From: an uncultured Rhodobacteraceae bacterium
GTDB taxonomy: Bacteria; Pseudomonadota; Alphaproteobacteria; Rhodobacterales; Rhodobacteraceae
Assembly: GCA_947494675.1 (NCBI GenBank)
Contig: CANLVP010000003.1
Location: 233,791-297,790, forward strand
Direction: 5' to 3'
DNA: 64,000 bases
The notes below the pieces were generated by a model that saw only the letters and a program-made list of their open reading frames with translations, was not told where the DNA came from and made no database searches. Below, piece after piece: positions 38,351-48,491 of this stretch. Numbering within the stretch: position 1 is the first letter of the stretch; each line of letters begins with the position of its first letter. Both the position numbers and the translations under genes were made by a program.

Positions 38351-39337
38351 TCAAAGCATCCCCGGCACCACCAGATCGGGCGGCCGGTGACCATCGGCAA
38401 AGGTCTTAATGTTGATGATCACCTTCTCGCCCATCTCGATCCGCCCTTCGAGGGTCGCGGACCCCATATGCGGCAACAAAATCACGTTGGGCTGCGCCTT
38501 CAGGCGGGGGTTCATCTGGTGCCCGCGCTCGTAGACATCAAGCCCCGCGCCCCCCAATTCGCCCGCGCGCAGCATCCGCGTCAGCGCGTTCTCATCCACG
38601 ACCTCGCCACGTGACGTATTGATCACCACCGCCTCTGGTTTCATCAGTTTCAACCGCCGCGCATTCATCAAATGATAGGTGCTGGGCGTATGCGGACAAT
38701 TGACCGAAATCACATCCATCCGCGCCACCATCTGGTCAAGGCTTTCCCAATAGGTGGCGTCCACCGCCTCTTCAATCTCGGGCCGCAGCCGCTTGCGATT
38801 GTGATAGTGGATCTGCATGCCAAAGGCCGCCGCGCGCCGCGCCACCGCCTGCCCAATCCGGCCCATGCCCAGAATGCCCAGCCGTCGCCCGCCAAGCCGT
38901 CCGCCCATCATCGCGGTCGGGGCCCATCCAGGCCAATCCCCGGACTGCGCCAGGGCAGCCCCTTCCGGCACCCGCCGAATAACGCCCAACATCAGCGCCA
39001 TGGTCATGTCTGCGGTATCATCGGTGGTCACACCCGGCGTATTGGACACCAAAATCCCCCGCTGCCGTGCGGTCGCCACATCGATATTATCGACCCCGGC
39101 CCCATAATTCGCGATCAGTTTCAGCCCATCGCCCGCCTGCGCCAGCAGCTTGGCATCGATCTGATCGGTGATCGTCGGGACCAGCACATCTGCCGTCGCC
39201 ATTGCCTCGGCCAATGCGTCAGCAGACATCGGCGTGTCGTCATCCCGCAGGGTCACGTCGAACAATTCGGTCATCCGGGTCTCAACCACCTCCGGCAACC
39301 GTCGCGTGACGACAACACTTAGCTTTTTCCCCGGCAT
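38351..39337 (-). CDS. D-2-hydroxyacid dehydrogenase / glyoxylate-hydroxypyruvate reductase family
   Basis: NAD-binding GILGMGRIGQAVARR and catalytic-region motifs of D-isomer-specific dehydrogenases. The start is at MPGKKLSVVV. Confidence 0.88.
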   Translation of the reverse strand: MPGKKLSVVVTRRLPEVVETRMTELFDVTLRDDDTPMSADALAEAMATADVLVPTITDQIDAKLLAQAGDGLKLIANYGAGVDNIDVATARQRGILVSNTPGVTTDDTADMTMALMLGVIRRVPEGAALAQSGDWPGWAPTAMMGGRLGGRRLGILGMGRIGQAVARRAAAFGMQIHYHNRKRLRPEIEEAVDATYWESLDQMVARMDVISVNCPHTPSTYHLMNARRLKLMKPEAVVINTSRGEVVDENALTRMLRAGELGGAGLDVYERGHQMNPRLKAQPNVILLPHMGSATLEGRIEMGEKVIINIKTFADGHRPPDLVVPGML

Positions 39338-39451
39338 CCACCCCTCCTGCGTGCTTTGCAAATCGGCCTTGTCCTGTCAGGTTGCCCCAGAACCGACGCG
39401 TGGCACAAGAACGATCACGCGCGGCAGGTGCGGTAAGGTGCAGGTCCATTT

Positions 39452-39973
39452 ATGAAAACCCTTTGGCTCATTCTGGCATTGCTGGCCCCGGCTGCGATCG
39501 CGCAAGAAGCGGCGCAATCGACAAACGCGCCCGCCACTGCGCCGCTCTTTGGACCGGAAACAAATCTGCCCCTGCCCCGCTTCGTCAGTCTCAAGGCGCA
39601 GGAAAGCAACGTCCGCCGCGGCCCGTCCCTGTCACACCGCATTGACTGGGTGTTCCAGCGCAAAAACATGCCGCTGCAAGTCGTCGCCGAATATGGCCAC
39701 TGGCGCCGCGTCATCGACCGCGAAGGCCAGGGCGGCTGGGTCCACTACACGATGCTGTCGGGCGTGCGCACCGTCATCATCGACGCAGACATGACCGCCA
39801 TCCGCGCCAAACCCGATGCCACATCGCTTGAGCGTGCCGTGCTCGAGGCGGGCGTCATCGCCCGGCTTGGCAGTTGCGAAGGCGGCTGGTGCGAGCTCAA
39901 CGCAGGCGGATACCGTGGCTGGGCCCCCCAAAACGCGCTCTGGGGCACCAAGCCGGGCGAAGAAAGGGACTGA
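39452..39973 (+). CDS. SH3-like (DUF1058-type) periplasmic protein
   Basis: Signal peptide MKTLWLILALLAPAAIA. LPRFVSLKAQESNVRRGPS ... WRRVIDREGQGGWVH is the typical bacterial SH3 pattern. Confidence 0.8.
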   Translation: MKTLWLILALLAPAAIAQEAAQSTNAPATAPLFGPETNLPLPRFVSLKAQESNVRRGPSLSHRIDWVFQRKNMPLQVVAEYGHWRRVIDREGQGGWVHYTMLSGVRTVIIDADMTAIRAKPDATSLERAVLEAGVIARLGSCEGGWCELNAGGYRGWAPQNALWGTKPGEERD

Positions 39974-40004
39974 CCTTTCCGCGCGCAGGCGCTAAACGAC
40001 GCCT

Positions 40005-40907
40005 ATGACCAAACGCGACGCACAACTCAATCTATCTGCCGGGGTCCTGTCCGTAACCGTGGCCTTGGTGCTTGTGTTCGCCAAGCTCTGGGCGCTTGGT
40101 CAGACCGGATCGCTCGCCGTCGCCGCCACCTTGGCCGATTCCGCGATGGATCTGATGATGTCGCTGGGCGGATTGGTCGCCATCGCCTATGCCGCCAAAC
40201 CCGCCGACGATGACCACAACTTTGGCCATACCTCGGCCGAGGATTTGGCCGCCCTCGGGCAATCCCTGTTCATCCTGATTTCCGCCGCTGTCATCGCCAC
40301 CGCCGCCGTGCTGCGCCTGCTGGATGATGAGGTGACCCTGCCCGAACGCGAAGGCCAAGGCATTGCAATCATGCTCTTTTCCATCGCCGTGACCCTTGGC
40401 CTTGTGCTCTGGCAACGCCGCGTCGCACGCCAAACCGGCAATGCCGTGGTGCGCGCCGATAGCTTGCATTACCTTGGCGATCTGATCCCCAACGTGGGCG
40501 CACTCATTGCCCTTTGGGCCAGTGCCGCCCTTGGCCTTGGCCGCCTCGATTCCGTGGTCGCCCTTGGTGCCGCCGCCCTGCTCGCCGTGGGCGCAATTCG
40601 CATCGGCAAAACCGCTTGGGACGCCCTGATGGACCGCCAGGCCGACCCCGCAATGATCGCGGGCATCAGCAAAATCGCAACAGATTTCCCCGGCGTGCGC
40701 GGCTTTCACGACCTCAAGACCCGCCGCGCAGGCAGCCGCGTCTTTGTGAACCTACATATTGAACTCGACGGCGATCAAACGCTCAACGACGCCCATGCCA
40801 TCGGTGCCGCGCTCCGCCGCGCGATCATCGCCGCGTTTCCCCGCGCTGACGTGCTGATCCACAAGGACCCGGTTGGCGTGCAAAAGCACCCCGACGACGA
40901 CCGCTAG
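40005..40907 (+). CDS. cation diffusion facilitator family transporter
   Basis: CDF-type TM domain (LADSAMDLMMS, HYLGDLIPN) plus a C-terminal cytoplasmic domain. Confidence 0.88.
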   Translation: MTKRDAQLNLSAGVLSVTVALVLVFAKLWALGQTGSLAVAATLADSAMDLMMSLGGLVAIAYAAKPADDDHNFGHTSAEDLAALGQSLFILISAAVIATAAVLRLLDDEVTLPEREGQGIAIMLFSIAVTLGLVLWQRRVARQTGNAVVRADSLHYLGDLIPNVGALIALWASAALGLGRLDSVVALGAAALLAVGAIRIGKTAWDALMDRQADPAMIAGISKIATDFPGVRGFHDLKTRRAGSRVFVNLHIELDGDQTLNDAHAIGAALRRAIIAAFPRADVLIHKDPVGVQKHPDDDR

Positions 40908-42928
40908 GCCGCGTCGAGCCCGCGCCCCTTGAGCAAAGCCTCAACCCCCGGCAACCGCCCCCGGAACGCAGTATAAAGATCAGCCGCATCCACGGACCCG
41001 CCTGACGACAACACCGTCTGCTCCAGCTTCATCGCGGTGGCCGCATCAAACGGATCGCCCGCCTCCTCAAAGGCAGCAAAGGCATCGGCATCCATCACCT
41101 CGGACCACATGTAGCTATAGTAGCCACTGGAATAGCCGTCGCCTGCAAAGACATGAGCAAAATGCGGCGTCGCGTGGCGCATCCGAATGGCATGGGGCAT
41201 CCCCATCTCTTCCAAGACCTCCGCCTGCTTTTGCATCGGATCCGCCGGGGCCGGACCATCATGAAACGCCAGATCAACCATCGCACTGGCCACATATTCC
41301 ACCGTCTGGAACCCCATGTCATAGGTCGCGGCTTTCAGCATCCGATCCAGCAAGTCAGCAGGCATGGCCTCGCCCGTTTCGGCATGGGTCGCAAATTCCT
41401 GCAATACCTCCGGCACCTCAAGCCAATGTTCATACAGCTGGCTGGGCAGCTCGACAAAGTCCCGCGCAACCGAGGTGCCGCTAATGCTTTCATAGGTCAC
41501 ATCCGACAACATCTGGTGCAGCGCATGACCAAACTCATGAAACAACGTCCGCGCATCGTCATAGGACAAAAGCGCGGGCTTGCCCTCTTCCGGCTTGGCA
41601 AAGTTACACACGTTCACCACATGGGGCCGCACCTCGCCCGCCAACCGCTGCTGGCTACGCATTGCCATGCACCATGCACCCGACCGCTTGCTGGGCCGCG
41701 CAAAGTAATCCCCAATGAAAACAGCCACATGCTCGCCGTTTCGCGTCACGTCATAGAGCCGCACATCGGGGTGATACACAGGCCCGTCAAGCGGCTTAAA
41801 CTCCAACCCAAACAGCCGGTTTGCACAGGCAAATGATGCCTCAATCATGCGGTCCAGTTGCAGGTAAGGCTTCAATTCCGCCTCATCCAGATCATGCAAT
41901 TCCTGACGCCGTTTTTCGCTGTAATAGCGCCAATCCCACGCCTCCAACCGCCCGTCCCAGCCGTCCGCATGCAACATCCGTTCCAGCGCTTTGGCATCGC
42001 TTTCCGCCGCCGCCTTGGCCGGTTTCCAGACCTGCATCAACAGATCGCGCACCGCCGCAGGGGTGCCCGCCATTTCGGTCTCAAGCTTGAAATCGGCAAA
42101 GCTGTCATAACCCAGCAATTCCGCCCGCTTCTGCCGCAGTTTCAACGTCTCGGCGGCTATGGCACGGTTGTCCGTGTCGCCACCATTCGCGCCGCGCGCC
42201 GCCCAAGCCTCATAGGCCTTTTGCCGCAAATCCCGCCGCGCCGAAAACTGCAAGAACGGCACGATCAGCGACCGCGAAAGCGTCACAACCGGGCCGTCTG
42301 CATCAATTTCCTTGCCCGCACCGCGCGCCGTTGCGACCACAAACTCCGGCAAGCCTTCCAGCTCATCCTTGTCCAAAACCATGTGCCAGTCGCGTTCGTC
42401 CGCCAACAAATTCTGCGTGAACTCCGTGCCCAAGACCGACAGGCGCGATTTCACCTCTCGCAATTCCTTGGCCGCCGCCCCTTCCAACTGCGCCCCCGCC
42501 CGGACAAATCCACGACGCGTCAACATCAAGACGCGCTGTTGCTCATCCGTCAGATCAAGGGTGTCCCGGTCCTGCCACAACGCCTCAACCCGCGCGAAAA
42601 GCGCTTTGTTCTCGGTCACTTCCGACCCATAGGCGCTCAACTTCGGCGCAAACTCACGCTGCAACGCTTCGCGCGCCTCATTGGAATCCGCACCGGCAAT
42701 CCCGTAGAACACGCCCAGAACCTGACCCAGCTTTGCCTCGGACATCTCCAGTGCTTCAATGGTGTTGGCAAACGTCGGCGCATCGGGGTTCTCGGTGATG
42801 ACCGCCAAATTCGCCCGCGCCTCTGCCAAGGCCGCATCCACGGCAGGCGCAAAATCATCGTCCGAAATCTCATCAAACGGTGGCAGGCCAAAGGGTGTAT
42901 CCCAGACGTTCAGCAGCGGATTGTTCAT
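40904..42928 (-). CDS. dcp: M3-family peptidyl-dipeptidase
   Basis: The zinc motif is LFHEFGHALH. About 675 aa. The start at MNNPLLNVWDTPFGLPPF is preceded by AAGGAG. Confidence 0.9.
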   Translation of the reverse strand: MNNPLLNVWDTPFGLPPFDEISDDDFAPAVDAALAEARANLAVITENPDAPTFANTIEALEMSEAKLGQVLGVFYGIAGADSNEAREALQREFAPKLSAYGSEVTENKALFARVEALWQDRDTLDLTDEQQRVLMLTRRGFVRAGAQLEGAAAKELREVKSRLSVLGTEFTQNLLADERDWHMVLDKDELEGLPEFVVATARGAGKEIDADGPVVTLSRSLIVPFLQFSARRDLRQKAYEAWAARGANGGDTDNRAIAAETLKLRQKRAELLGYDSFADFKLETEMAGTPAAVRDLLMQVWKPAKAAAESDAKALERMLHADGWDGRLEAWDWRYYSEKRRQELHDLDEAELKPYLQLDRMIEASFACANRLFGLEFKPLDGPVYHPDVRLYDVTRNGEHVAVFIGDYFARPSKRSGAWCMAMRSQQRLAGEVRPHVVNVCNFAKPEEGKPALLSYDDARTLFHEFGHALHQMLSDVTYESISGTSVARDFVELPSQLYEHWLEVPEVLQEFATHAETGEAMPADLLDRMLKAATYDMGFQTVEYVASAMVDLAFHDGPAPADPMQKQAEVLEEMGMPHAIRMRHATPHFAHVFAGDGYSSGYYSYMWSEVMDADAFAAFEEAGDPFDAATAMKLEQTVLSSGGSVDAADLYTAFRGRLPGVEALLKGRGLDAA

Positions 42929-42979
42929 GGCAAATCTCCTTTGCTTATAGGTAGGACGAAGCATTGCCCTTTGCCACCG

Positions 42980-43768
42980 CTAACGCTGCCGCATCCGCGT
43001 CTCAAACCGGCGCAACGCAATCGACAGCCCAATCGTCATCGTCAAATAGACCAGCGCGACCACGTTATAGGTCTCAAAATACCGAAAATTGCCCGCCGCC
43101 GTGACCTTGCCCAACTGCGTGATGTCAGTGACGCCCAAAACGCTCACCAATGACGAATCCTTTACCATTGCGACGAAATCGTTACCCAACGGCGGCAGGA
43201 TTGTCCGCAACGCTTGCGGGAAGACGATGAACCGAAACCGCTGCCACCGGTTCAGCCCCAGCGCCTCTGCCGCCTCGATCTGGCCTTCGTCGACCGACTG
43301 CAAACCAGCGCGGAACACCTCTGCCAGAAACGACGCATATGCCAGCGTCAGCGCGATTATGGCCCGCCACAAAAGCGAGAAATCCCGTGTGCGGATGCCC
43401 TCAAATCCCAGCCCTTCGGCCACCCAATTGAACGCGATCACCATCGCTGGGGCCAGCACAAAGGCCACATAAAGCAGCAGCACGATGATCGGTATGCCGC
43501 GCATCACCTCGACATAAAATCGCGAAACCTGGCGCAAGAACAATGACTTGGATAACGCACCAAGCGCCAGCAGTAACCCAAGCGCGCAGGCCATCGCATA
43601 ACTGACAATCGCCACAAAGACGGTGACGCGGATGCCTTTCGACAGCGTGCTCAGAACCTTGGAATAGGCCTCATCCGTGAGCACCTGAAAGAACATCCAG
43701 CCGCCGATGGCCAGCACCGCCAGCAGCCACCACGGGAAATCGTCGTCATTTGGGGATGTGGGGATCAT
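42980..43768 (-). CDS. amino-acid ABC transporter permease
   Basis: HisM/GlnP-type permease with an EAA-like loop (EAAEALGLNRWQRF). Confidence 0.88.
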   Translation of the reverse strand: MIPTSPNDDDFPWWLLAVLAIGGWMFFQVLTDEAYSKVLSTLSKGIRVTVFVAIVSYAMACALGLLLALGALSKSLFLRQVSRFYVEVMRGIPIIVLLLYVAFVLAPAMVIAFNWVAEGLGFEGIRTRDFSLLWRAIIALTLAYASFLAEVFRAGLQSVDEGQIEAAEALGLNRWQRFRFIVFPQALRTILPPLGNDFVAMVKDSSLVSVLGVTDITQLGKVTAAGNFRYFETYNVVALVYLTMTIGLSIALRRFETRMRQR

Positions 43769-43807
43769 CGCAAAACGGCCCCCGACCTGTGCCGGGGGCC
43801 CATGGCC

Positions 43808-44593
43808 TTAGCCACCTACTTTGAAGTCGAGGAACCACTTGGTGTTCAACGCGTCAATCGTCCCATCCGCTTCCATATCCGCGATGGCTGCGTTGATCGG
43901 CGCGACAAGGTCCGACCCTTTGGGGAAAATGAAGCCAAAATCCTCGGTCCCAAGCTTTTCGCCGATGATTTTCAGCGCGCCCTCAGACGCATCGACATAG
44001 CCGTTACCCGCCGTGCCATCGGTCAGGATCAGGTCCACGTCGCCCGCGCGCAGCGCCTGAACGGTCGCACCGAAGGTCTCCATCAGCTTGATCCGCGGGT
44101 TCGCTTCGTCGCCGTCCAGCACGTCATAAACGCCCACATAGAACGGCGTTGTGCCCGGTTGTGCGGCCATCAGCAGGTCTTCGTCTGCGGCAAACGACGC
44201 GGCATCGGTGAACCGATCCTCGTCACCGCGCACCATCATGACCATTTCAGACGTCATGTATTTGTCTGAAAAATCAACCACTTCCGCGCGGTCTTCGCGA
44301 ATGGTGATCCCGGTCATCCCGACATCAAACTGGCCTTCCGACACCGCGGGGATCATCGCATCCCAGCTGATATTCTCATAAACGATCGTCGCATTCAGCC
44401 GCTCTGCGATCACCGCCATCGCGTCGTATTCCCAGCCCACGGCGTTGCCGTCGCCATCCATGAACTGCAGCGGCGGATAGGCATTTTCCGTGACCACAAC
44501 GATTTCCCGGCCTTCCAAATCAGGCAGATGTCCGTCGGCCATCGCCGTGGACCCCACCAAAACCGACGCGGCCAGTGTTAGAAAAAACTTCAT
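43808..44593 (-). CDS. amino-acid ABC transporter substrate-binding protein
   Basis: The signal [19 protein letters not shown] is followed by a family-3 SBP body. Confidence 0.85.
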   Translation of the reverse strand: MKFFLTLAASVLVGSTAMADGHLPDLEGREIVVVTENAYPPLQFMDGDGNAVGWEYDAMAVIAERLNATIVYENISWDAMIPAVSEGQFDVGMTGITIREDRAEVVDFSDKYMTSEMVMMVRGDEDRFTDAASFAADEDLLMAAQPGTTPFYVGVYDVLDGDEANPRIKLMETFGATVQALRAGDVDLILTDGTAGNGYVDASEGALKIIGEKLGTEDFGFIFPKGSDLVAPINAAIADMEADGTIDALNTKWFLDFKVGG

Positions 44594-44635
44594 GATTATT
44601 CCCCCGAGGTTAAGACCCGCCAAGACTACTGCGGC

Positions 44636-45688
44636 TTACGCCCCTTGCAAGCCCTGCCCGCCACAATCGGGACAATCCGCGCGCGCTTTGGCCCCGATGA
44701 CGCGACATTCCGCATAAAGCGCATCATAAATCAGCAAACGCCCCCGCAACCCTTCGCCCGCGCCGGTGATCGCTTTGACCGCCTCGACCGCCATCATCGA
44801 CCCGACGACACCGGGCAACGGCCCGATCACCCCGGCCTCAGCGCAGCTTGGGACCAGACCGGCATCCGGCGCCTGCGGAAAAAGACAACGATAACAGGGC
44901 CCTCCAGCCTTTGGATCATAAAGACTGATCTGCCCTTCCCACTGCGTCAGCGCTGCGGCAATCAACGGTTTGCCCTGCGCAACGGCCACCTTATTCACCA
45001 AATACCGGGTGTCGAAATTGTCGGACCCATCCAGGATCAGGTCGAAATCTTCAAACAGGTCCGCCGCAATTTCGGGCGTCAAACGCCTGTGAAACGGGCG
45101 CACCTGCACAAAGGGATTTTGCTGCCGCATCGCCGTTTCTGCCGAAAACACCTTGGGCGTGTCGATCATTTTATCAAGGTGGATGACCTGCCGTTGCAGA
45201 TTGGCGTTCTCGACAACATCGTCGTCAATCACCCCAATTGTGCCAACCCCTGCAGCCGCCAGATATTGCAACGCAGGCGCGCCAAGCCCCCCGGCCCCAA
45301 TCACCAAAACCCGCGTGTCTTTCAGCGCCTTTTGTCCTGTGCCGCCAACCTCGCGCAGGATGATATGACGGGCGTAGCGATCCAACTCGGTCGCCGAAAA
45401 TCCGCCGCGCGCGACCTCTGGTTCCTGACGCGCATCGGCCTTGCGGCGCAACCCGCCCAAGGCCTTGCCGTAGCCCCAGAAAATCCCGCCCGCCGCAATC
45501 AAAAGCAACCAAAGCCGCGCGTCACCGCCAGTTGCCTCGCGCAACGGATGGCCCTGCGGCAGCACCAGATGCAGCGCAATCACCGCGACCAGCAGAATGC
45601 CGATCATCGTCCAGCGCGCCTGCCGGGGCGCGCCCATAATCATGCCGGTCCCCCAAAGCACGGCGGCCATCGACCCGACCATGATCAT
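44636..45688 (-). CDS. moeB: ThiF/MoeB/HesA-family adenylyltransferase with an N-terminal membrane extension
   Basis: [28 protein letters not shown], and a CYRC...CPDC zinc site. About 95 N-terminal residues form roughly three hydrophobic helices. The ATG overlaps the dut stop (ATGA). The symbol is tentative. Confidence 0.8.
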   Translation of the reverse strand: MIMVGSMAAVLWGTGMIMGAPRQARWTMIGILLVAVIALHLVLPQGHPLREATGGDARLWLLLIAAGGIFWGYGKALGGLRRKADARQEPEVARGGFSATELDRYARHIILREVGGTGQKALKDTRVLVIGAGGLGAPALQYLAAAGVGTIGVIDDDVVENANLQRQVIHLDKMIDTPKVFSAETAMRQQNPFVQVRPFHRRLTPEIAADLFEDFDLILDGSDNFDTRYLVNKVAVAQGKPLIAAALTQWEGQISLYDPKAGGPCYRCLFPQAPDAGLVPSCAEAGVIGPLPGVVGSMMAVEAVKAITGAGEGLRGRLLIYDALYAECRVIGAKARADCPDCGGQGLQGA

Positions 45689-46143
45689 GAGGTCAGACCT
45701 GTTGACCCAAACCCGCCGCTGCCACGCGCGGTGTCGTCCAATTCACCCAGCGCGAAATCGACTGTCGTGACCGGGGCCACCACCATCTGTGCAATCCGCA
45801 TGCCATGGGTGATCGTGAAATCCTCTTGCCCATGATTGATTAAGATCACCCCAACAGGCCCGCGATAGTCGCTGTCAATCGTGCCCGGCGCGTTGACCAT
45901 GCCGATCCCGTGTTTCAGCGCCAATCCGGATCGGGGTCGGATCTGCACTTCAAAACCGACGGGAATTTCCATGCGCAACCCTGTGGGGATCAGCTTGCGG
46001 GCCCGTGGCGACAAAATGATACTTTTGCGATCTGGCAGGTTCGCACAGACATCCGCACCAGCGGCCCCCGCCGTGGCATATATCGGCAAAGGGATGCCCG
46101 GATCAGCATCGGGCGTCATGGCGATTTTGATCAATGGTTTCAA
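45685..46143 (-). CDS. dut: dUTP diphosphatase
   Basis: [15 protein letters not shown] ... [10 protein letters not shown] ... GTIDSDYRG. The TTG start at 46143 is preceded by AAGGGG. Confidence 0.92.
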   Translation of the reverse strand: MKPLIKIAMTPDADPGIPLPIYATAGAAGADVCANLPDRKSIILSPRARKLIPTGLRMEIPVGFEVQIRPRSGLALKHGIGMVNAPGTIDSDYRGPVGVILINHGQEDFTITHGMRIAQMVVAPVTTVDFALGELDDTARGSGGFGSTGLTS

Positions 46144-46152
46144 AACTCTACC

Positions 46153-46244
46153 CCTTGCGCACGCCGTTCGGTTAACGCGCGTTCAAACTCTCATGCATAT
46201 AAGTTGTGCATGGGTTGTGTATGGTTTTCATACAGGTTCTGCAT
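46153..46244 (-). repeat. 92-nt conserved intergenic element, copy A
   Basis: 65 of 92 positions are identical (hand count, ungapped) to 62568..62659 when read on the minus strand. It contains the hairpin TGTATG-aaaac-CATACA. Confidence 0.8.
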
Positions 46245-46264
46245 GTGACTTTCCTGCCCATCGT

Positions 46265-47458
46265 CTATTCGAGAGCCTGCGCAATTTTTTCAGCCAATCG
46301 CGCCGCAACGGCCTCCTTGCCCATGCGCGGCCAGTCTTCTGACCCATCGGCAGTGATCAGGGTCACGTCGTTTTCTGCGCCGCCCATGATCCCGGTTTGG
46401 GGCGAAACATCGTTGGCCACGATCCAGTCGCAGCCTTTACGTTTGCGCTTCGCCGTCGCGTTCTTGATCAGATCGTCGGTCTCAGCGGCGAACCCGACAA
46501 CCAGCTTGGGTCGCCCATTCTTCATCTGCGCGACACCCGCCAAGATGTCCGGGTTCTCGGCAAAATTCAATGAAGGCAATCCCTTACCGTCTTTCTTGAT
46601 CTTGCTAGCCCCCGCATTCGCAACATGCCAATCCGCCACGGCAGCAGCAAAGATCGCCGCATCAGCAGGCAATGCGGCGGTCACCGCCTCTTGCATTTCC
46701 GCCGCCGTTTGAACGGAAATGACCGTCACGTCCATCGGCGGTGGCACGTCTGCGGGGCCCGTGACAAAGGTCACATCGGCCCCTAACGCCTTCAAAGCAT
46801 TGGCAATTGCGGTGCCCTGCGCCCCCGACGATCGGTTTGCGATATAGCGCACCGGGTCAATCGGTTCATGCGTCGGGCCAGAGGTGACCAACACATGCTT
46901 TCCTTTCAGCGGCCCATCCGCAAGAGCCGCATCAATTGCGTCAACAATTTCAAGGGGTTCCGCCATGCGACCCGGACCATACTCACCGCAGGCCATATCG
47001 CCTTCGTTGGGGCCGACAAACAAAATGCCATCCTCTTTCAAGGTTGCCAAATTGCGCTGGGTCGCCGGATGTTGCCACATCCGCACGTTCATCGAAGGGG
47101 CCACCAAAACCCGCTTGTCCGTCGCCAACAGAAGGGTTGAGGCCAGGTCATTCGCCAGACCACCCGCCATCTTGGCCATCAGATCAGCAGTCCCGGGAGC
47201 CACGACAATCAAATCAGCCGCGCGCGACAGCTCAATATGGCCCATCTCAGATTCGTCATTAAGATCAAACAGATGCTGAAACACCTTGTTGCCCGCCAGG
47301 GCTGACACGGACAGCGGCGTCACAAATTCCGACCCTGCCGAGGTCAACACTGGCGTCACTTCTGCGCCGCGTTCACGCAAGCGGCGGATCAAATCAAGCG
47401 ATTTGAACGCCGCGATTCCGCCGCCGATGATTAGCAATATGTGTTTGTTTGCCAGCAT
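46265..47458 (-). CDS. coaBC: bifunctional phosphopantothenoylcysteine decarboxylase / phosphopantothenate--cysteine ligase
   Basis: Flavoprotein N-terminus ILLIIGGGIAAFKS plus the CoaB domain. The start is the ATG at MLANKH. Confidence 0.92.
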   Translation of the reverse strand: MLANKHILLIIGGGIAAFKSLDLIRRLRERGAEVTPVLTSAGSEFVTPLSVSALAGNKVFQHLFDLNDESEMGHIELSRAADLIVVAPGTADLMAKMAGGLANDLASTLLLATDKRVLVAPSMNVRMWQHPATQRNLATLKEDGILFVGPNEGDMACGEYGPGRMAEPLEIVDAIDAALADGPLKGKHVLVTSGPTHEPIDPVRYIANRSSGAQGTAIANALKALGADVTFVTGPADVPPPMDVTVISVQTAAEMQEAVTAALPADAAIFAAAVADWHVANAGASKIKKDGKGLPSLNFAENPDILAGVAQMKNGRPKLVVGFAAETDDLIKNATAKRKRKGCDWIVANDVSPQTGIMGGAENDVTLITADGSEDWPRMGKEAVAARLAEKIAQALE

Positions 47459-47516
47459 TTGCCCGTTCCTTTGATCGGGCAAACACTAGGGCAGGACGCC
47501 ACCGGAACACAATGGA

Positions 47517-48395
47517 TCAGGCAAAGAAGCTGTGAACCTCAGAACTTGTCGCTTCCAGCTTCTTGCGCATCTTGCCAAAGGCGGCAGATTCCAACTGGCG
47601 CACGCGTTCTTTCGAAAGGCCAAGCTCTGTCCCGAGGCTTTCCAAGGTCCGCGGATCATCGCGCAGCTTCCGCTCGCGGACGATGAACCGTTCCCGGTCG
47701 TTGAGATCCGACAAGGCCGTCAGCAACCACTGACGCAGCGTGGCATTGTCGTGCGAATTCTCAACATGTTCAGAGGCTTGCGCGGAATCGTCTTCCAGCG
47801 CATCGATCCATTCACGCCCTTCATCCTCGGACGATTGCGTCGCGTTGAGCGAGAAGTCAGAGCCAGACAAGCGCCCTTCCATCATCTCGACATCGTGGAT
47901 CGGTACGCCAACCTCCGCCGCGATCAACTCGCGCATCACGTGGCCTTCGAGCACCCGTCCTTCGGCTGCGGCTTCACGCTCCAACCGCGCTTGCACGCGA
48001 CGCATGTTGAAGAAAAGCGACTTCTGCGATGACGTGGACCCTGTCCGCACCATTGACCAGTTGCGCATCACATAGTCCTGGATCGACGCCTTGATCCACC
48101 AAACGGCATAGGTCGAAAACCGCACACCGCGGTCTGGATCAAACTTATCCGCCGCCTTCATCAAACCAACGGACGCCTCTTGGATCAGGTCATTCATTGG
48201 CGCGCCGTAGCGCTTGAATTTCGACGCCATCGATATCGCGAGGCGCATATATGCAGTGATCAAACGGTGCAGCGACTGCTCGCAGCGGTCATCCCGCCAA
48301 GCATAGGCGAGCCGCAATTCTGTCTCCGCGTCCAACAGCTCTGCCCGCATCGCGGTGCGCGACAGGCTTTGGTCTGCAAATCCGTCTAAGGCCAT
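47517..48395 (-). CDS. rpoH: RNA polymerase sigma-32 factor
   Basis: Sigma-70 regions 2-4 and an RpoH-box-like QKSLFFNMRR. Confidence 0.92.
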   Translation of the reverse strand: MALDGFADQSLSRTAMRAELLDAETELRLAYAWRDDRCEQSLHRLITAYMRLAISMASKFKRYGAPMNDLIQEASVGLMKAADKFDPDRGVRFSTYAVWWIKASIQDYVMRNWSMVRTGSTSSQKSLFFNMRRVQARLEREAAAEGRVLEGHVMRELIAAEVGVPIHDVEMMEGRLSGSDFSLNATQSSEDEGREWIDALEDDSAQASEHVENSHDNATLRQWLLTALSDLNDRERFIVRERKLRDDPRTLESLGTELGLSKERVRQLESAAFGKMRKKLEATSSEVHSFFA

Positions 48396-48491
48396 CAGTC
48401 ATTCCCCCTAAGGTCAAACACAGTGTTGAGGCTTTTGGATGCTATTGTTACGCAGGGTCGTAGATGTTGGATGAGTCATAGTTTCGAAAAG

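Noticed and set aside
41858-43153. 431-aa ORF antisense to dcp. Similar long antisense ORFs are at 44645-45835, 56830-57801, 10458-11489, 50588-51496, 36232-37005 and 77-1033.
   Set aside because: All of them lie opposite strongly supported genes and translate to Arg/Pro/Gly-rich sequences. They are GC-driven open frames, not genes.
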